Virus record (IMG/VR): IMGVR_UViG_3300038406_000164
Coordinates: 1 to 47,165 of that record
DNA: 47,165 nucleotides
Direction: 5' to 3' (one strand)
Source: a virus
Taxonomy: Duplodnaviria; Caudoviricetes
Shown: positions 8,974-19,030 of the stretch, one piece after another
Position numbering within the stretch: position 1 is the stretch's first letter
Layout of the letters: every line of letters starts with the position of its first letter
Made by a program: the position numbers and the translations under genes
Notes under the pieces: model-generated
The model's input: the letters and a program-made list of their open reading frames with translations, nothing else
Databases searched by the model: none
What the model was told of the DNA's origin: nothing

Positions 8974-9814
8974 CCTCTCCGGGGCTGAGTGGGTCGTCGT
9001 GGCATACCTTAGCGGCGACCCAAACATGCTTCGAGTTGTAGAAGGGGGCCTACAGCCACACGTTGAGACTGGCAAGCTCATAAGCCGGGCGCCTGAGGAG
9101 TTGATCTTACAGGAGCACAGCCTGCTGGGCAGCACCACTGACCCTGACGAAATACTGCAGGTCAGGCGCACTAACATTCCAGACCTACTGGACGGGGATT
9201 ACTTTCTTCCGCGTACCATGACTATCCGGCAGGCTGGGAAGAAGGGAAACCATAGCCTAAATTATGACTCTCGCTATAGGGGCTTTGCCCTCACGAACGA
9301 AATGCCAGAGCCCGACGCCAAGGTAATCGTCAATGCGTACAGGAATGACGCTTATCCAGGGCTAGTGACTTGGCATGAGAGCATCAGACAGGAGCTTCGT
9401 GACAACAACAGAACATTGACCAACTTACTGGGAAACAAAGTCCGACTATTAGATCAATCAGGACCAGACCTGTGGAAAGCGGCTTACAGTTACAAGCCTC
9501 AATCGACAGTTGGTGACATTGTACGGCGTGCTATGGTCCTAATGTACGAGGATAATGACAGCGTAGGTAGGCTTGCGAAGCCAAAAGCCAACGTCCACGA
9601 CTCAATCCTGGTCAACTACCCAGTCGACCCGCTTGATAGGCTATTGGAGTTTGTTAATCGGACGGTAGGATACATGAGTCCTGAGCTTCATTGTAACGGA
9701 AGGACGTTCAAGCTCGGCGTTGATGTGAAGATGGGGCATAACTGGGGGACGATGGAGAAGTTTGATGCTCACCGACATGTTCGAGTGGGAGTACCTCAAA
9801 CCAGTCCTTCTTGA
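8948..9814 (+). CDS. DNA polymerase A, C-terminal catalytic part (motifs A, B, C)
   Basis: Motif A FDLSGAEWVVVAYLSGD, motif B RQAGKKGNHSLNY, PQSTVGD, motif C NVHDSI. Confidence 0.88.
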   Translation: MSVMLLEFDLSGAEWVVVAYLSGDPNMLRVVEGGLQPHVETGKLISRAPEELILQEHSLLGSTTDPDEILQVRRTNIPDLLDGDYFLPRTMTIRQAGKKGNHSLNYDSRYRGFALTNEMPEPDAKVIVNAYRNDAYPGLVTWHESIRQELRDNNRTLTNLLGNKVRLLDQSGPDLWKAAYSYKPQSTVGDIVRRAMVLMYEDNDSVGRLAKPKANVHDSILVNYPVDPLDRLLEFVNRTVGYMSPELHCNGRTFKLGVDVKMGHNWGTMEKFDAHRHVRVGVPQTSPS

Positions 9815-9870
9815 TTTGGCTAAAGCGTTGGGATGGCTCATCATTATACTGATAGCCATCCCAATGTTTC

Positions 9871-11175
9871 TTACGCTCCTCCTGTAAAGAAATTGAACCT
9901 TTTAAATAGGTCCTTAAACACTGGTGGAGCAGACGGAGGGGGAGGGATACTCGTCCCTCCTCCCCCAAACGACGCCTGATTAGAGAACAACGCTCCGAAG
10001 GGCTGCCCAAACGTATTATCAAGGCCCGCACTAGTCTGTCCGGTAGATCCTACCAATGCCCCTAACGGTCCCATAGACCCGCTTGAAGCTTGCGGGACAG
10101 GCGCTGTTGAGTGCGTTGGCAGACTACCGCTCTTTCTTCCAGTCAGGTGAGCAGTTGCCTGCTCCCAGATGCCATTATCTATCATAAACTGTTTTGCCTG
10201 CTCTGGGGTTATGCTGTGAATCCACTTGTTAAACTGGTCCAGCTGCCCCATCCACGCATTGACATCAAAGTTGGGATCGCTTGGCAGCTGCATATTACCA
10301 GCTACCTGGCTGCCCAACGCCTGTATTGCCTGACTTCCCCTAGATGCCTGCGTTCCCGACTGGCTAAATTCTAGTGGAAAAGGATTGTGTCTATTAGCCT
10401 CATGAACTCCCACACGGGGATCTTCTGATTGCATCATTCCCTGAATGTCGTCCATACCACCAACTGGAAACGCCGTACTGCGCCTACCAGGGAATGGTGG
10501 CGCCTCAGCTCCACCAGCTATTGAGCTGAATGTGCGTTGATCTCCAGGCGCCTTCGTTGGGAACGGCATGGCGGAGCCTGATGCATTTGCAACTCCACCA
10601 CCCCCACGCCCTATACCGCGCTGAACCCTAGCATTCCACAACCCCGTGAAGTCACCACTCGTTACACTGTCAACACCACCTGCAAACTTTTTCCTTTGGG
10701 CGGCTGGAATGTTTCCCCACACAGCCGCCTTGGCATACTCATCTCCATTCTTAAAGCCCTTAGCTTTCGCTGCCTTATCAGTGTAGTACGGTCTGATGTT
10801 TTTCCATGCAGGCTGATCAGGGTTAGCTACATGCGCAGTGTATCCCGCACGGCCCTGCTGATGCATCATGTAGATGTCAGAAGCCGATGGGTCACGGCCT
10901 ACACGCTTCCTAAAGTATCGAACATCAGATTGCCATTTCTTAGCAGCGGCGCGAGCATTATCTTCCGCATTAAATATATTCCCACCGCCATACTTCTTGA
11001 ACTCCGAATCAGAGAGTTGAAACAGCCCCTTGTATGAATCCTTTCTGACCTTCGGATTAAGCGAGCTCTCGATCTCGGCTATAGCGAAAAAATCCCTAAC
11101 GCCGATGCCAAACTCAGTGGCGACCTGAGCTAGTATGGTCTCTATAGAGTTTCTGCGCTTCTTCTTAGCCATCAC
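9871..11175 (-). CDS. Virion-associated lytic transglycosylase/lysozyme-like ejection protein
   Basis: AIAEIESSLNP...YKGLFQL and YMMHQQG (SLT-like); low-complexity C-terminus. Confidence 0.7.
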   Translation of the reverse strand: MMAKKKRRNSIETILAQVATEFGIGVRDFFAIAEIESSLNPKVRKDSYKGLFQLSDSEFKKYGGGNIFNAEDNARAAAKKWQSDVRYFRKRVGRDPSASDIYMMHQQGRAGYTAHVANPDQPAWKNIRPYYTDKAAKAKGFKNGDEYAKAAVWGNIPAAQRKKFAGGVDSVTSGDFTGLWNARVQRGIGRGGGGVANASGSAMPFPTKAPGDQRTFSSIAGGAEAPPFPGRRSTAFPVGGMDDIQGMMQSEDPRVGVHEANRHNPFPLEFSQSGTQASRGSQAIQALGSQVAGNMQLPSDPNFDVNAWMGQLDQFNKWIHSITPEQAKQFMIDNGIWEQATAHLTGRKSGSLPTHSTAPVPQASSGSMGPLGALVGSTGQTSAGLDNTFGQPFGALFSNQASFGGGGTSIPPPPSAPPVFKDLFKRFNFFTGGA

Positions 11176-13484
11176 TCGTTCCTCTGAGCCTCTATCTTAC
11201 TGGCTTCCATTGACTCTTGAACCCACACACCAAACACCTTGGTCTTCTCAGTGGCTTCTTCCTTAGTCATGTCGCCACTTTCCACGGCAGCGTGTATTCC
11301 ATTGGTCCAGGCCCTAATCACTGCCGCCCTCTTGACTACCAGCGAAGTCGATACGTCCACCACCTCTTTAAATGCGCGGGCACTTCTCGGATTACTTATC
11401 ATACTAAGGTACAGACGACTACCAGCAATCAAGCCTATTCCAGCAACAGTGGCTCCGGCGAAACCCCCTGCTGCTCCACCACCTCCCGTCCCAGCACTAA
11501 CTACCATCCATGGCATAAGAGCTGTGACAACCCCCTTAACGCCACCCATGACACCCCTACGAGCAATGAACGTAGCGACATCAGGAATCTCCGCGCGGCT
11601 GGCTCTGCGTGCTATCTCCACAAAGTCCCCTAACTCAGACATATTCAGACCGCCTGAGTACTTCAGAAGCTTTTCTGTCGTCAAAAACTTGGCACTGCCG
11701 GGATTATCAAGGCCTAACTCTTTTGCAAAGACATCAACATCAAGCTTAGTGACACCCTCAGCTTTATGTACCTGACCCTTTTGCAACGCCTCGTTGAACA
11801 CTGCATTGGCCAACTTCTGCATAGGCTCAGGACCTCTGCGACCTGTTACCTTAGCAAGCTCGTCAATTATCTGAGGACTACCCATTCTAAGCAGTCCCCT
11901 GGCCAGGCTCTCCGGGGCCGAAGTCACCTCCTTGATACTTACACCTGTCTTCCTAGCACTTATGCTAATACCCATCTTCTGAGATGCCGCGTTATCAAAT
12001 AGCCAAGCTATTTGCTGCGCCATGTCATCTTCTTGGTTACGCATATTTCCTACGTACCACTGGGTATCGCTTACTGGTCGATATGCCTGTTCACCAGCCT
12101 CATCTAAGCTATAACCACCCCACTCCCTACCTGGAAGCCTCGGACCCTTTGTCTTAGATGCCCCAATGGCATTCTCTAGCATATCCGCCTGCACGCCACT
12201 CAACAGGCGTTCCATCCGCACCATATTTGCAGGGCTTGGCTTCAATTTCGCCAGATTAACTATACCCTCTTGTATGACCCCAGCTAGCGTATCCGCCTGT
12301 TTCATGGAGAACGTGCGTTGCTCTGCTTTAGGCACTCCCTTAACAGGACCACCCACTATGTCCAATTCATCATACAGTGGTTGGATATTCTTCTTAATGA
12401 ATTCCCTAACAAACTTAGTGTCTCTCTCAACAGGCAGCACCTCCCCCTTCAAGCCTTTGGGAGTCTCTTTGCCTATTTGCTCCAGTATCTCAGTAGCATT
12501 CTTTCTAGTCTTGACGGGGGTTACATGAATCCCCCTCATGGCGGCTCCATTCAGCGCCGAAGTCCACGCCTCCTCAAACTGATCATTGAAGAATCTAGCT
12601 GTCTCCTTAGCTTCTCTGAGTATATCTCCACTAGCCTCATCATATGTAGACATGGGACCTAGACGCGCTGGTATTCCATCAAACATCTTGGAGATGTCAT
12701 CCATGGCCTTTTCGCCACGCTTCCTAAGCCCACCAGATGTCAGGGGGAACCGCCCCATCACGCTGACGACCATTCTGGAAACCTTGCCACCTTCTCCCAC
12801 CATCACAGGTAGCGTAGCGACATTATTTCTGGATGCCACGCCAGCGAGGCGCCTGGACTCCTTAGTCATCCCAGTCGTCCAGGCTGTGAATCCACGACCT
12901 GTCCACCTGGCAGCACTCAGGCCGCCCATCAAGGCTATTTCTGTAAGTGTCTCATTCTCAGCGTAAAGTCTAAGTTCATCATTAGACAACCCAAGACGAT
13001 CTCTAGTTCCTGGAGGAATTACCTTAAACGCCTCAAGAGCTTCCATCGTCAGTTCAGGCGCGACGGCTCCCCCCACAGCAAAGGCTGAGCCGCCTATTAT
13101 AGCGCCACCAGCTTTTACTAGGGGACCTCCAGGCACTTGCGCGCCAAGGACCGTACCACCTATGGCCCCAGTAAGCGTAGTGCCCATCCTAGTCCATGGC
13201 ATAGGATCATCTACATCTCGCCCCAGTAGATGATCCACAACCCTGCCCATCATTCCGTCTACAAAATCAGGCTCCACTGGCGGGCCAGGCTCTACAGCGG
13301 GCTCCGTCAATGTCTGTTCCGGGGTCACAGCTCCAGGCTGCTCTATAGAGCGTTGCCTAAGCGCATCCATATCTTCTGGGGAAAGGCCAGGAGCAGGCGC
13401 AGTTGTGCTGACACCAGGCCATTCATTGCGCCCTTCCATAGACCTCTGTCTTAGAACTTCCAGATCCTGATCATCAAGTGGCAT
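11172..13484 (-). CDS. Large internal virion/DNA ejection protein
   Basis: 770 aa with Gly/Ala-rich membrane-like segments; located at the end of the podoviral structural operon. Confidence 0.55.
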   Translation of the reverse strand: MPLDDQDLEVLRQRSMEGRNEWPGVSTTAPAPGLSPEDMDALRQRSIEQPGAVTPEQTLTEPAVEPGPPVEPDFVDGMMGRVVDHLLGRDVDDPMPWTRMGTTLTGAIGGTVLGAQVPGGPLVKAGGAIIGGSAFAVGGAVAPELTMEALEAFKVIPPGTRDRLGLSNDELRLYAENETLTEIALMGGLSAARWTGRGFTAWTTGMTKESRRLAGVASRNNVATLPVMVGEGGKVSRMVVSVMGRFPLTSGGLRKRGEKAMDDISKMFDGIPARLGPMSTYDEASGDILREAKETARFFNDQFEEAWTSALNGAAMRGIHVTPVKTRKNATEILEQIGKETPKGLKGEVLPVERDTKFVREFIKKNIQPLYDELDIVGGPVKGVPKAEQRTFSMKQADTLAGVIQEGIVNLAKLKPSPANMVRMERLLSGVQADMLENAIGASKTKGPRLPGREWGGYSLDEAGEQAYRPVSDTQWYVGNMRNQEDDMAQQIAWLFDNAASQKMGISISARKTGVSIKEVTSAPESLARGLLRMGSPQIIDELAKVTGRRGPEPMQKLANAVFNEALQKGQVHKAEGVTKLDVDVFAKELGLDNPGSAKFLTTEKLLKYSGGLNMSELGDFVEIARRASRAEIPDVATFIARRGVMGGVKGVVTALMPWMVVSAGTGGGGAAGGFAGATVAGIGLIAGSRLYLSMISNPRSARAFKEVVDVSTSLVVKRAAVIRAWTNGIHAAVESGDMTKEEATEKTKVFGVWVQESMEASKIEAQRNE

Positions 13485-14522
13485 CTACTTCGCCTTCTTA
13501 GCACGCGGCTTGGGCTTGTCAGTGCCCCCGAGCCTCGCCCTATACGCCTCCTTAGAGGCCAGTATGCTATCAACCTCATCCATCAGTTTAACACCAGCGC
13601 CCGATACATTAGGCTTGGAAGCCTTTATCCGTTCAGCAACTACAATCTCCGGAAGGTTCGTTGCACGAGCCAGATCAGTCACCGTCTTCCCTTTGGTCGC
13701 AGCATCTGCAAACTGGGAACTTGTCTGATCCATAAATATCTTACGGCTCTCCTTCCAGCTGGATGGAGCGTCAGCTGGCGCGGTAGTATACTCCTCAAAC
13801 TTGTCAGCCATATCCTTATTGTATCTGGCTTCAAATCCCTTATGTTTCCTGGTCCTAGCCGCCTTCTGTTTCGCGTTATACTTCTTAGCAGCAGTCACCT
13901 TATCAGCTTCCGCAGCCTTCTTATCGTCAGCCCTTTTCTGCAATCCACCCTTTACCTTGGCCACTCCAGCCGGTACGGCAGCGCCTGCCGCGCCCATAGG
14001 ACCAGTGATGGCAGCAGTTCCCAATCCCTCACCAACCCTCTTCCCCGAAAACGATGGCTCCTCTACGGGGCCGGAAGAGAATCCCTGACCAAAGCCTTGT
14101 GCAGCTCCAACTGCACCACCGATCTTAGCAGTGGTGGCTACTTTAGAAGGGCCTCCAAGCACACCTATACCAAGCCCCGTCAGGAATGGTGCGGCCTTCT
14201 CTGCCGCGCTCACAAATGACTGATTATTCTGCTTTAGCATGTCCAGACGATTCTGGTGCTCCTGGCGCATCTGGTCAAACTGAGACTCGTTGATGCGCCC
14301 AGCAGCCAAGTCCACTCCAGCCTGTACCCACGGCATCATACCGCCCAGGATAGTATCTATGAACAGCACGTTAGCCGGATCGTCGTACCTGCTATCGTCC
14401 GGTGAAAGAAGAGACTGCGCCTGCCCCTCGGGGGAAGGAGAAGAACCCAAGGATGGTGAAGCTGGCGCAGCCTCAGTTGGACGACGCTCTGGCATTGGCA
14501 TGTTAGGCGTTGGTTCCATCAC
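13485..14522 (-). CDS. Putative internal virion protein
   Basis: Gly/Ala-rich helices, basic C-terminus, gene context. Confidence 0.5.
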   Translation of the reverse strand: MMEPTPNMPMPERRPTEAAPASPSLGSSPSPEGQAQSLLSPDDSRYDDPANVLFIDTILGGMMPWVQAGVDLAAGRINESQFDQMRQEHQNRLDMLKQNNQSFVSAAEKAAPFLTGLGIGVLGGPSKVATTAKIGGAVGAAQGFGQGFSSGPVEEPSFSGKRVGEGLGTAAITGPMGAAGAAVPAGVAKVKGGLQKRADDKKAAEADKVTAAKKYNAKQKAARTRKHKGFEARYNKDMADKFEEYTTAPADAPSSWKESRKIFMDQTSSQFADAATKGKTVTDLARATNLPEIVVAERIKASKPNVSGAGVKLMDEVDSILASKEAYRARLGGTDKPKPRAKKAK

Positions 14523-14526
14523 CTAA

Positions 14527-14547
14527 ACTGGCCCATTTTGGGCCAGT
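14527..14547. promoter_or_regulatory. 21-bp palindrome, copy 2
   Basis: ACTGGCCCA-TTT-TGGGCCAGT. Confidence 0.75.
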
Positions 14548-14550
14548 CCT

Positions 14551-16332
14551 CTATGAACCTCCCGGACGTGGCGGCGTCCGTTGAGGTGCTGGGGTTATCC
14601 TAAATGCTTCCACGTTCTGAGGTGAGCCTAACCTACCGCCACCGCCACCTGCACTAGCACCACTAAATCCTCTGGCTATCGCATTGCCAAAGGCCCTAAA
14701 TGCAGCACCTATCTTTTCCTGCTGAGCTGCTGCGGCCTTGGCTGCATCTTGCTGCTTCTCATAGTCAAACTTTTCTCTGGCAAGACTCTGGTTCGCCTCC
14801 TGAGATCGGGTCATACGCTCTTCGCGCTCATTCCTCAATTCTTCATTTCTCTCAGCCCGTTCCTCGCCAGCCTCAGCGTGCTCCATCGACATTTCAGTCT
14901 TCTCAAGCTCAAGTTCCTTGCGCTCCATCTCCGCCTTACCGAGCGTCTCAAATTCCTCGTCTATAGGATGGGTTGACTGAAGCTCTTTTCTTGGAACGCC
15001 AGTCTTTCTCTCCTGCCTACGCTGAAGCTCCTCATCGTATATCGCGCCGGATAGGCTGGGCGTAATCAGCCTTGGATTCTTGGCATAGAGAGTCATGGTA
15101 TCGTCGCTCATGCGTCTAGCCAGAATCTTAGTCCCCGACACGCCAATCTGACGCTCCATATTCTGGTCGAACTCCGTGATCAGACCTTGCACCGTATCCT
15201 GCAATACACCAGAGAACTGCTCTGGAGACGATGCCTGACCAATCTGAACCAGGTGCTGATTGATAACCGCATTCGTCAGCCTATTACCTGGAATGCCCCT
15301 AGCAATAGCCATCTTATATGCAAGCCCCAAAACTAGCGACTCAATACGAGCGCTGTCTACAGCTGTTTTATTAAGCCCATGCGAATTTATCAACGCATTA
15401 GTCGTAGTTTCTACCTGCTTTTGAAGCACGGTGTCGCTCAGGTCAACCAAATCTTCAGCGCCAATCATCTTCATAAAGCCCTGAACCTGCCTTCCAGCTG
15501 ACTGTAGTGTTCTAGTAGCATAACCTAGCAATCCCAACGTCTCAGGCTTGCCCGCGAACAGGGAGGTCATGTTAACCGCATCTTCAATAGTAGATACGAT
15601 GCCAGTGGCTCTTGTGTTGATATCAAGTGCTAATTCAGACTGCTGCTTCCGGTCAAGCGGGATAGTAATCCCCTCCCTAAGCAGATCATTTGATCTCATG
15701 GGATCTTTCGTATTAATTCCAAGTGATCTAACAAGTTGCGGATCAGCCTGTTCCTCCCCTGCTGGGATAGTTCTCTGCCCTTCAAATGACCGGACTGGGG
15801 AACCCTCCTGAAACGGCGCGACTGGCTGCGGTTCCTCTTCCTGAACGGCCATCCTATCTTGCATCTTTGGCTGCTGCTGCATAGCCTGCGAATTTCTCAG
15901 CTCAGTGCCCACCTGATTGAACAGCGTGTTGGCGTCAATCTGTCCACTCAGAATAGCCTTCATAGTTTGCTGTATCTCTCCTGGAGATGCATCCTTCATC
16001 TTGCCAGCGAACATAGTTCTCATACCCTGCATAGTATCAGGATCGAGCCCCATTACCATCCGATTTAGGTTCTTGAACTGCTCACCCTTCGGATCAATCC
16101 CCATCCTTTGGGCCGTCTCCCTAAGTAGGAACTCCCGAGCTGGCTTCGGCAAATTAGAGTCGAACACCTTCAACAGTCGATCAGACAGGTCAAGATCTTC
16201 ACCACGCTTCTCAGCCTGCTGACCCTTAACCTGGAGCATCTCAGCATACTGTTTATGCTGGTCCATAAGTTGAGACTGTGTATCTCTGAGACGCTGATAC
16301 TCATCTAGCGCCTGCCCAGGCATCATGACCAT
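14551..16332 (-). CDS. Putative DNA ejection protein
   Basis: Gln/Glu-rich, helical, 593 aa; gene context. Confidence 0.55.
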   Translation of the reverse strand: MVMMPGQALDEYQRLRDTQSQLMDQHKQYAEMLQVKGQQAEKRGEDLDLSDRLLKVFDSNLPKPAREFLLRETAQRMGIDPKGEQFKNLNRMVMGLDPDTMQGMRTMFAGKMKDASPGEIQQTMKAILSGQIDANTLFNQVGTELRNSQAMQQQPKMQDRMAVQEEEPQPVAPFQEGSPVRSFEGQRTIPAGEEQADPQLVRSLGINTKDPMRSNDLLREGITIPLDRKQQSELALDINTRATGIVSTIEDAVNMTSLFAGKPETLGLLGYATRTLQSAGRQVQGFMKMIGAEDLVDLSDTVLQKQVETTTNALINSHGLNKTAVDSARIESLVLGLAYKMAIARGIPGNRLTNAVINQHLVQIGQASSPEQFSGVLQDTVQGLITEFDQNMERQIGVSGTKILARRMSDDTMTLYAKNPRLITPSLSGAIYDEELQRRQERKTGVPRKELQSTHPIDEEFETLGKAEMERKELELEKTEMSMEHAEAGEERAERNEELRNEREERMTRSQEANQSLAREKFDYEKQQDAAKAAAAQQEKIGAAFRAFGNAIARGFSGASAGGGGGRLGSPQNVEAFRITPAPQRTPPRPGGS

Positions 16333-17252
16333 CAGCTTAGATCCCCATACTGCACGGTACGGTAGCCATACCGCTCACCAACCGATCCAGGCAACACCTC
16401 TTGGACGTCACTGGCAAATACGCCAATATACCGTTCCCCTCCCATATCGTACTCATATATGGGAATCAAGAACGGCTCAATCACGCCAATCTGTACAGCA
16501 TCTGACTTCAGCATCTCGTCACTAAACAGTGACCCGACCAAGCCTATTCCCGCTCCAAACATAGCGGCGCTATTCTGTGCATTTGCTATGCTAGCGTTCA
16601 GCTGCATCTGCCTCTGTTGAATAAACGGCTCCTGCGCCTGTCCAAACCCACTTGCCGTCTGCCCAAACGCCCCAGCAAATGTAAGGGGATCGCCAATGCC
16701 AATCTGCCTGAGAATATCCTGCGACGTATGCCTAGAGAACTCATTCTGCTGCTGGCGCGTAACCCCCAACTGCTCGGCCAGAGTCATCTGTCCCGTGCGG
16801 GCGCCCTCGCGCAGTATCTCAGCCGTTGAGAAGTGCTTATCCAGTGCCTCAATGCCAGGCGTTGACGTATCGTAGCCTGATCCGAACTGCTTCCTCAACT
16901 TCTCACGCAGTAGTTCTTCCTGCTGGCCTATTTCCCTCTCGAGACCTGGTGAGACTGGAAGGTTACCTGCCAAGGCATCCAATGAGCGCTGGGTCAGTCC
17001 CAACTCAAGCTCTTCACGCATATCATCAAGTTCACTGGGAATCTTGCTGATACTCGTAATGTTCCCATTCTCGTCAGTCGTAACCTCAAATCCTTCCTGC
17101 GCGGCCAGGAACGGCAACAGTACTGCCTGCTGAGCCCTATTCTGCTCAATAATCTCTCGTTGAAGCGCCAGAAGCTCAGCCTGATTCTTCTGCAGCTCCT
17201 TTTCCTCAGCCGAAGGAGGGGGAACCTTAACTCCACCACCGCCCATCATCAT
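16332..17252 (-). CDS. Putative ejection/pilot protein with a C-terminal S74-like intramolecular chaperone domain
   Basis: N-terminal GGGG..PPP and Gln-rich coil; C-terminal FSDEMLKSD...IYEYD...IGVFASDVQEVLP...TVQYG. Confidence 0.65.
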   Translation of the reverse strand: MMMGGGGVKVPPPSAEEKELQKNQAELLALQREIIEQNRAQQAVLLPFLAAQEGFEVTTDENGNITSISKIPSELDDMREELELGLTQRSLDALAGNLPVSPGLEREIGQQEELLREKLRKQFGSGYDTSTPGIEALDKHFSTAEILREGARTGQMTLAEQLGVTRQQQNEFSRHTSQDILRQIGIGDPLTFAGAFGQTASGFGQAQEPFIQQRQMQLNASIANAQNSAAMFGAGIGLVGSLFSDEMLKSDAVQIGVIEPFLIPIYEYDMGGERYIGVFASDVQEVLPGSVGERYGYRTVQYGDLS

Positions 17253-17253
17253 C

Positions 17254-17649
17254 TTACAGGTTCCTCACGTAGAATAATTTACTGCCGTCACCAGCGTAGG
17301 GCTGCATCTCTTCCACATACTTCTTTAGAGTTTTAAGAAAAAAGGCGCTCTTGCTCGTATCTACACTAAATATAAAACTTCTCACTCCCATATGGCGCAT
17401 TGCGTTCTCATAATACCCAACTAGCCGCATAAATGTCCATGGACGTCGCTTATCCTGGCGCATCACCAGCGGGCCAGCCAGTATCATGTCATCCCTAGGC
17501 GTTGTCGCAACAAACCCTACGAGAGCTTCACTCTCGTCATGCGCCATAACGGTAGGGAATGTTAGCTCACTCTTGTCCCATCCCTCCATCTGCATAAGGG
17601 TATGACATTCTTGATAATCGTCAGGGCTTTCTGCTACCCTATAATTCAT
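17254..17649 (-). CDS. GNAT-fold acetyltransferase-like protein
   Basis: YRVAESPDDY...LVGFV...LVMRQDKR; typical position between nozzle and ejection genes. Confidence 0.55.
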   Translation of the reverse strand: MNYRVAESPDDYQECHTLMQMEGWDKSELTFPTVMAHDESEALVGFVATTPRDDMILAGPLVMRQDKRRPWTFMRLVGYYENAMRHMGVRSFIFSVDTSKSAFFLKTLKKYVEEMQPYAGDGSKLFYVRNL

Positions 17650-17921
17650 CTTTTCCTCAACTCCGGAGGAACATTTTGCAACTCCGAACGCGCCCGCATC
17701 ACGGCTATGTCTTGCCTGATGCTGCTAAGTGCATCGATCATCTTCGTGGTAAGCTCGCTCTGTGTCTTGGTATACTCAACCGACGCAGCTCGGAGCACAA
17801 CCATCTCCTTTTGAATCTGTATCACATCCGACTTAAGAGTATAGTAACCCCCAACCAATCCCAGTGCCACAGTAACAACTGTTACGATCTGACCAAGATC
17901 TATTGTGTTGTTGATTTGCAT
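17646..17921 (-). CDS. Single-TM coiled-coil membrane protein (possible lysis accessory)
   Basis: N-terminal hydrophobic helix followed by a coiled coil. Confidence 0.5.
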   Translation of the reverse strand: MQINNTIDLGQIVTVVTVALGLVGGYYTLKSDVIQIQKEMVVLRAASVEYTKTQSELTTKMIDALSSIRQDIAVMRARSELQNVPPELRKR

Positions 17922-18142
17922 ACCTTATCCTTCCAACCTAAACACTCGCACAAGTAATCCAATTCATTACCCTGTATGCGGTCGCGTAGCGCCCGCGGGA
18001 GCGCCATCATTGCTGCTAACTCCTCCTTATTGAGCACCTGCCTCTCATATCGCTGGCAGAAGTCGCTCGTGGGCGCGGCCCTTTCAGTGCCATCTATCTG
18101 CCCGAAGCATATTATAAAGCAGACCACCCCTTTATCAAACAT
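17900..18142 (-). CDS. Possible o-spanin-like protein
   Basis: Cys-rich with a hydrophobic N-terminus; overlaps the end of the i-spanin candidate. No clear lipobox. Confidence 0.35.
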   Translation of the reverse strand: MFDKGVVCFIICFGQIDGTERAAPTSDFCQRYERQVLNKEELAAMMALPRALRDRIQGNELDYLCECLGWKDKVCKSTTQ

Positions 18143-18359
18143 CGAGCATATCTTCCCAAAGACTCTTGGACTCCTCGTCAGATAGGCCTCTAATCATCTC
18201 CCGCAAATGCTTGCCATGCTTTGTCGCCTCCAGTACACGGACCGACGCCTCAGCTACAGCCTTATCTTGACCTGCAGTCAACAGCTGCCTATTGTTCAAA
18301 TACTCAGTAAACACCAAGATCAGTTTCAGGCCAGACACTAGGACTGACGACCATGACAT
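18135..18359 (-). CDS. Possible i-spanin-like protein
   Basis: N-terminal hydrophobic segment plus a helical tail. Confidence 0.35.
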   Translation of the reverse strand: MSWSSVLVSGLKLILVFTEYLNNRQLLTAGQDKAVAEASVRVLEATKHGKHLREMIRGLSDEESKSLWEDMLDV

Positions 18360-19030
18360 TACGTTAGCTCTACGAAGAAGCTCTGTAGCGTGTTCAAGAG
18401 GCCCTCATCATCCATATCAATGGATACGTTAGCTGGACTTGCATTGTAAATCTTCCATGCAAGCCACGCATCGGATGCGGCAGTAATCTCCGCATCTGCA
18501 GCAGGTGTAAATGTGCGAGGGTCTATCCCCCCAACTGAGTGACTCCCATAACATCCAAATACGATAAGGGGTGCCGCACCAGCTCCAGCCAGAACAGTCT
18601 GAGCTGTTGGATTAGTATTACTTATTTGAGCCCCAGGAGTTGATATGTTCACTGATACAGCTGGATTGTTGCCACGGAATACTGCAAGTTCTTTTCTAAC
18701 TAATGCAAATGCCGCACTCATGCCAGTGAGCGATGTACCCCCCTCATTACCCACGGCTATCTTGTAGCTCGCTATCTGACGTAGTGTATCATCTCCAGAT
18801 GCAAGCCCCGAGTTGATTATGTTAGTAAAGCCGCTTGGCACTACAGCGGTTGGAACTGGTAGTATTCCTGTTCTACACATATCCAGCAACAGCATAAAGT
18901 CGCCCTGCTTAATACCCGCCGGAGCCGTTATGTTCTGCCCCGTACTAAGAGCAGTGTCAAACAATGAGACTGATGTCAGGGGGCCAAATACATTACCTGC
19001 TGAGCGAGACCATCCTGGAAGGAAGTTCAT
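18359..19030 (-). CDS. Putative tail/receptor-binding structural protein
   Basis: Beta-rich, Ala/Gly/Thr-rich (ITAPAGIKQGDFMLL); TAATG coupling. Confidence 0.5.
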   Translation of the reverse strand: MNFLPGWSRSAGNVFGPLTSVSLFDTALSTGQNITAPAGIKQGDFMLLLDMCRTGILPVPTAVVPSGFTNIINSGLASGDDTLRQIASYKIAVGNEGGTSLTGMSAAFALVRKELAVFRGNNPAVSVNISTPGAQISNTNPTAQTVLAGAGAAPLIVFGCYGSHSVGGIDPRTFTPAADAEITAASDAWLAWKIYNASPANVSIDMDDEGLLNTLQSFFVELT

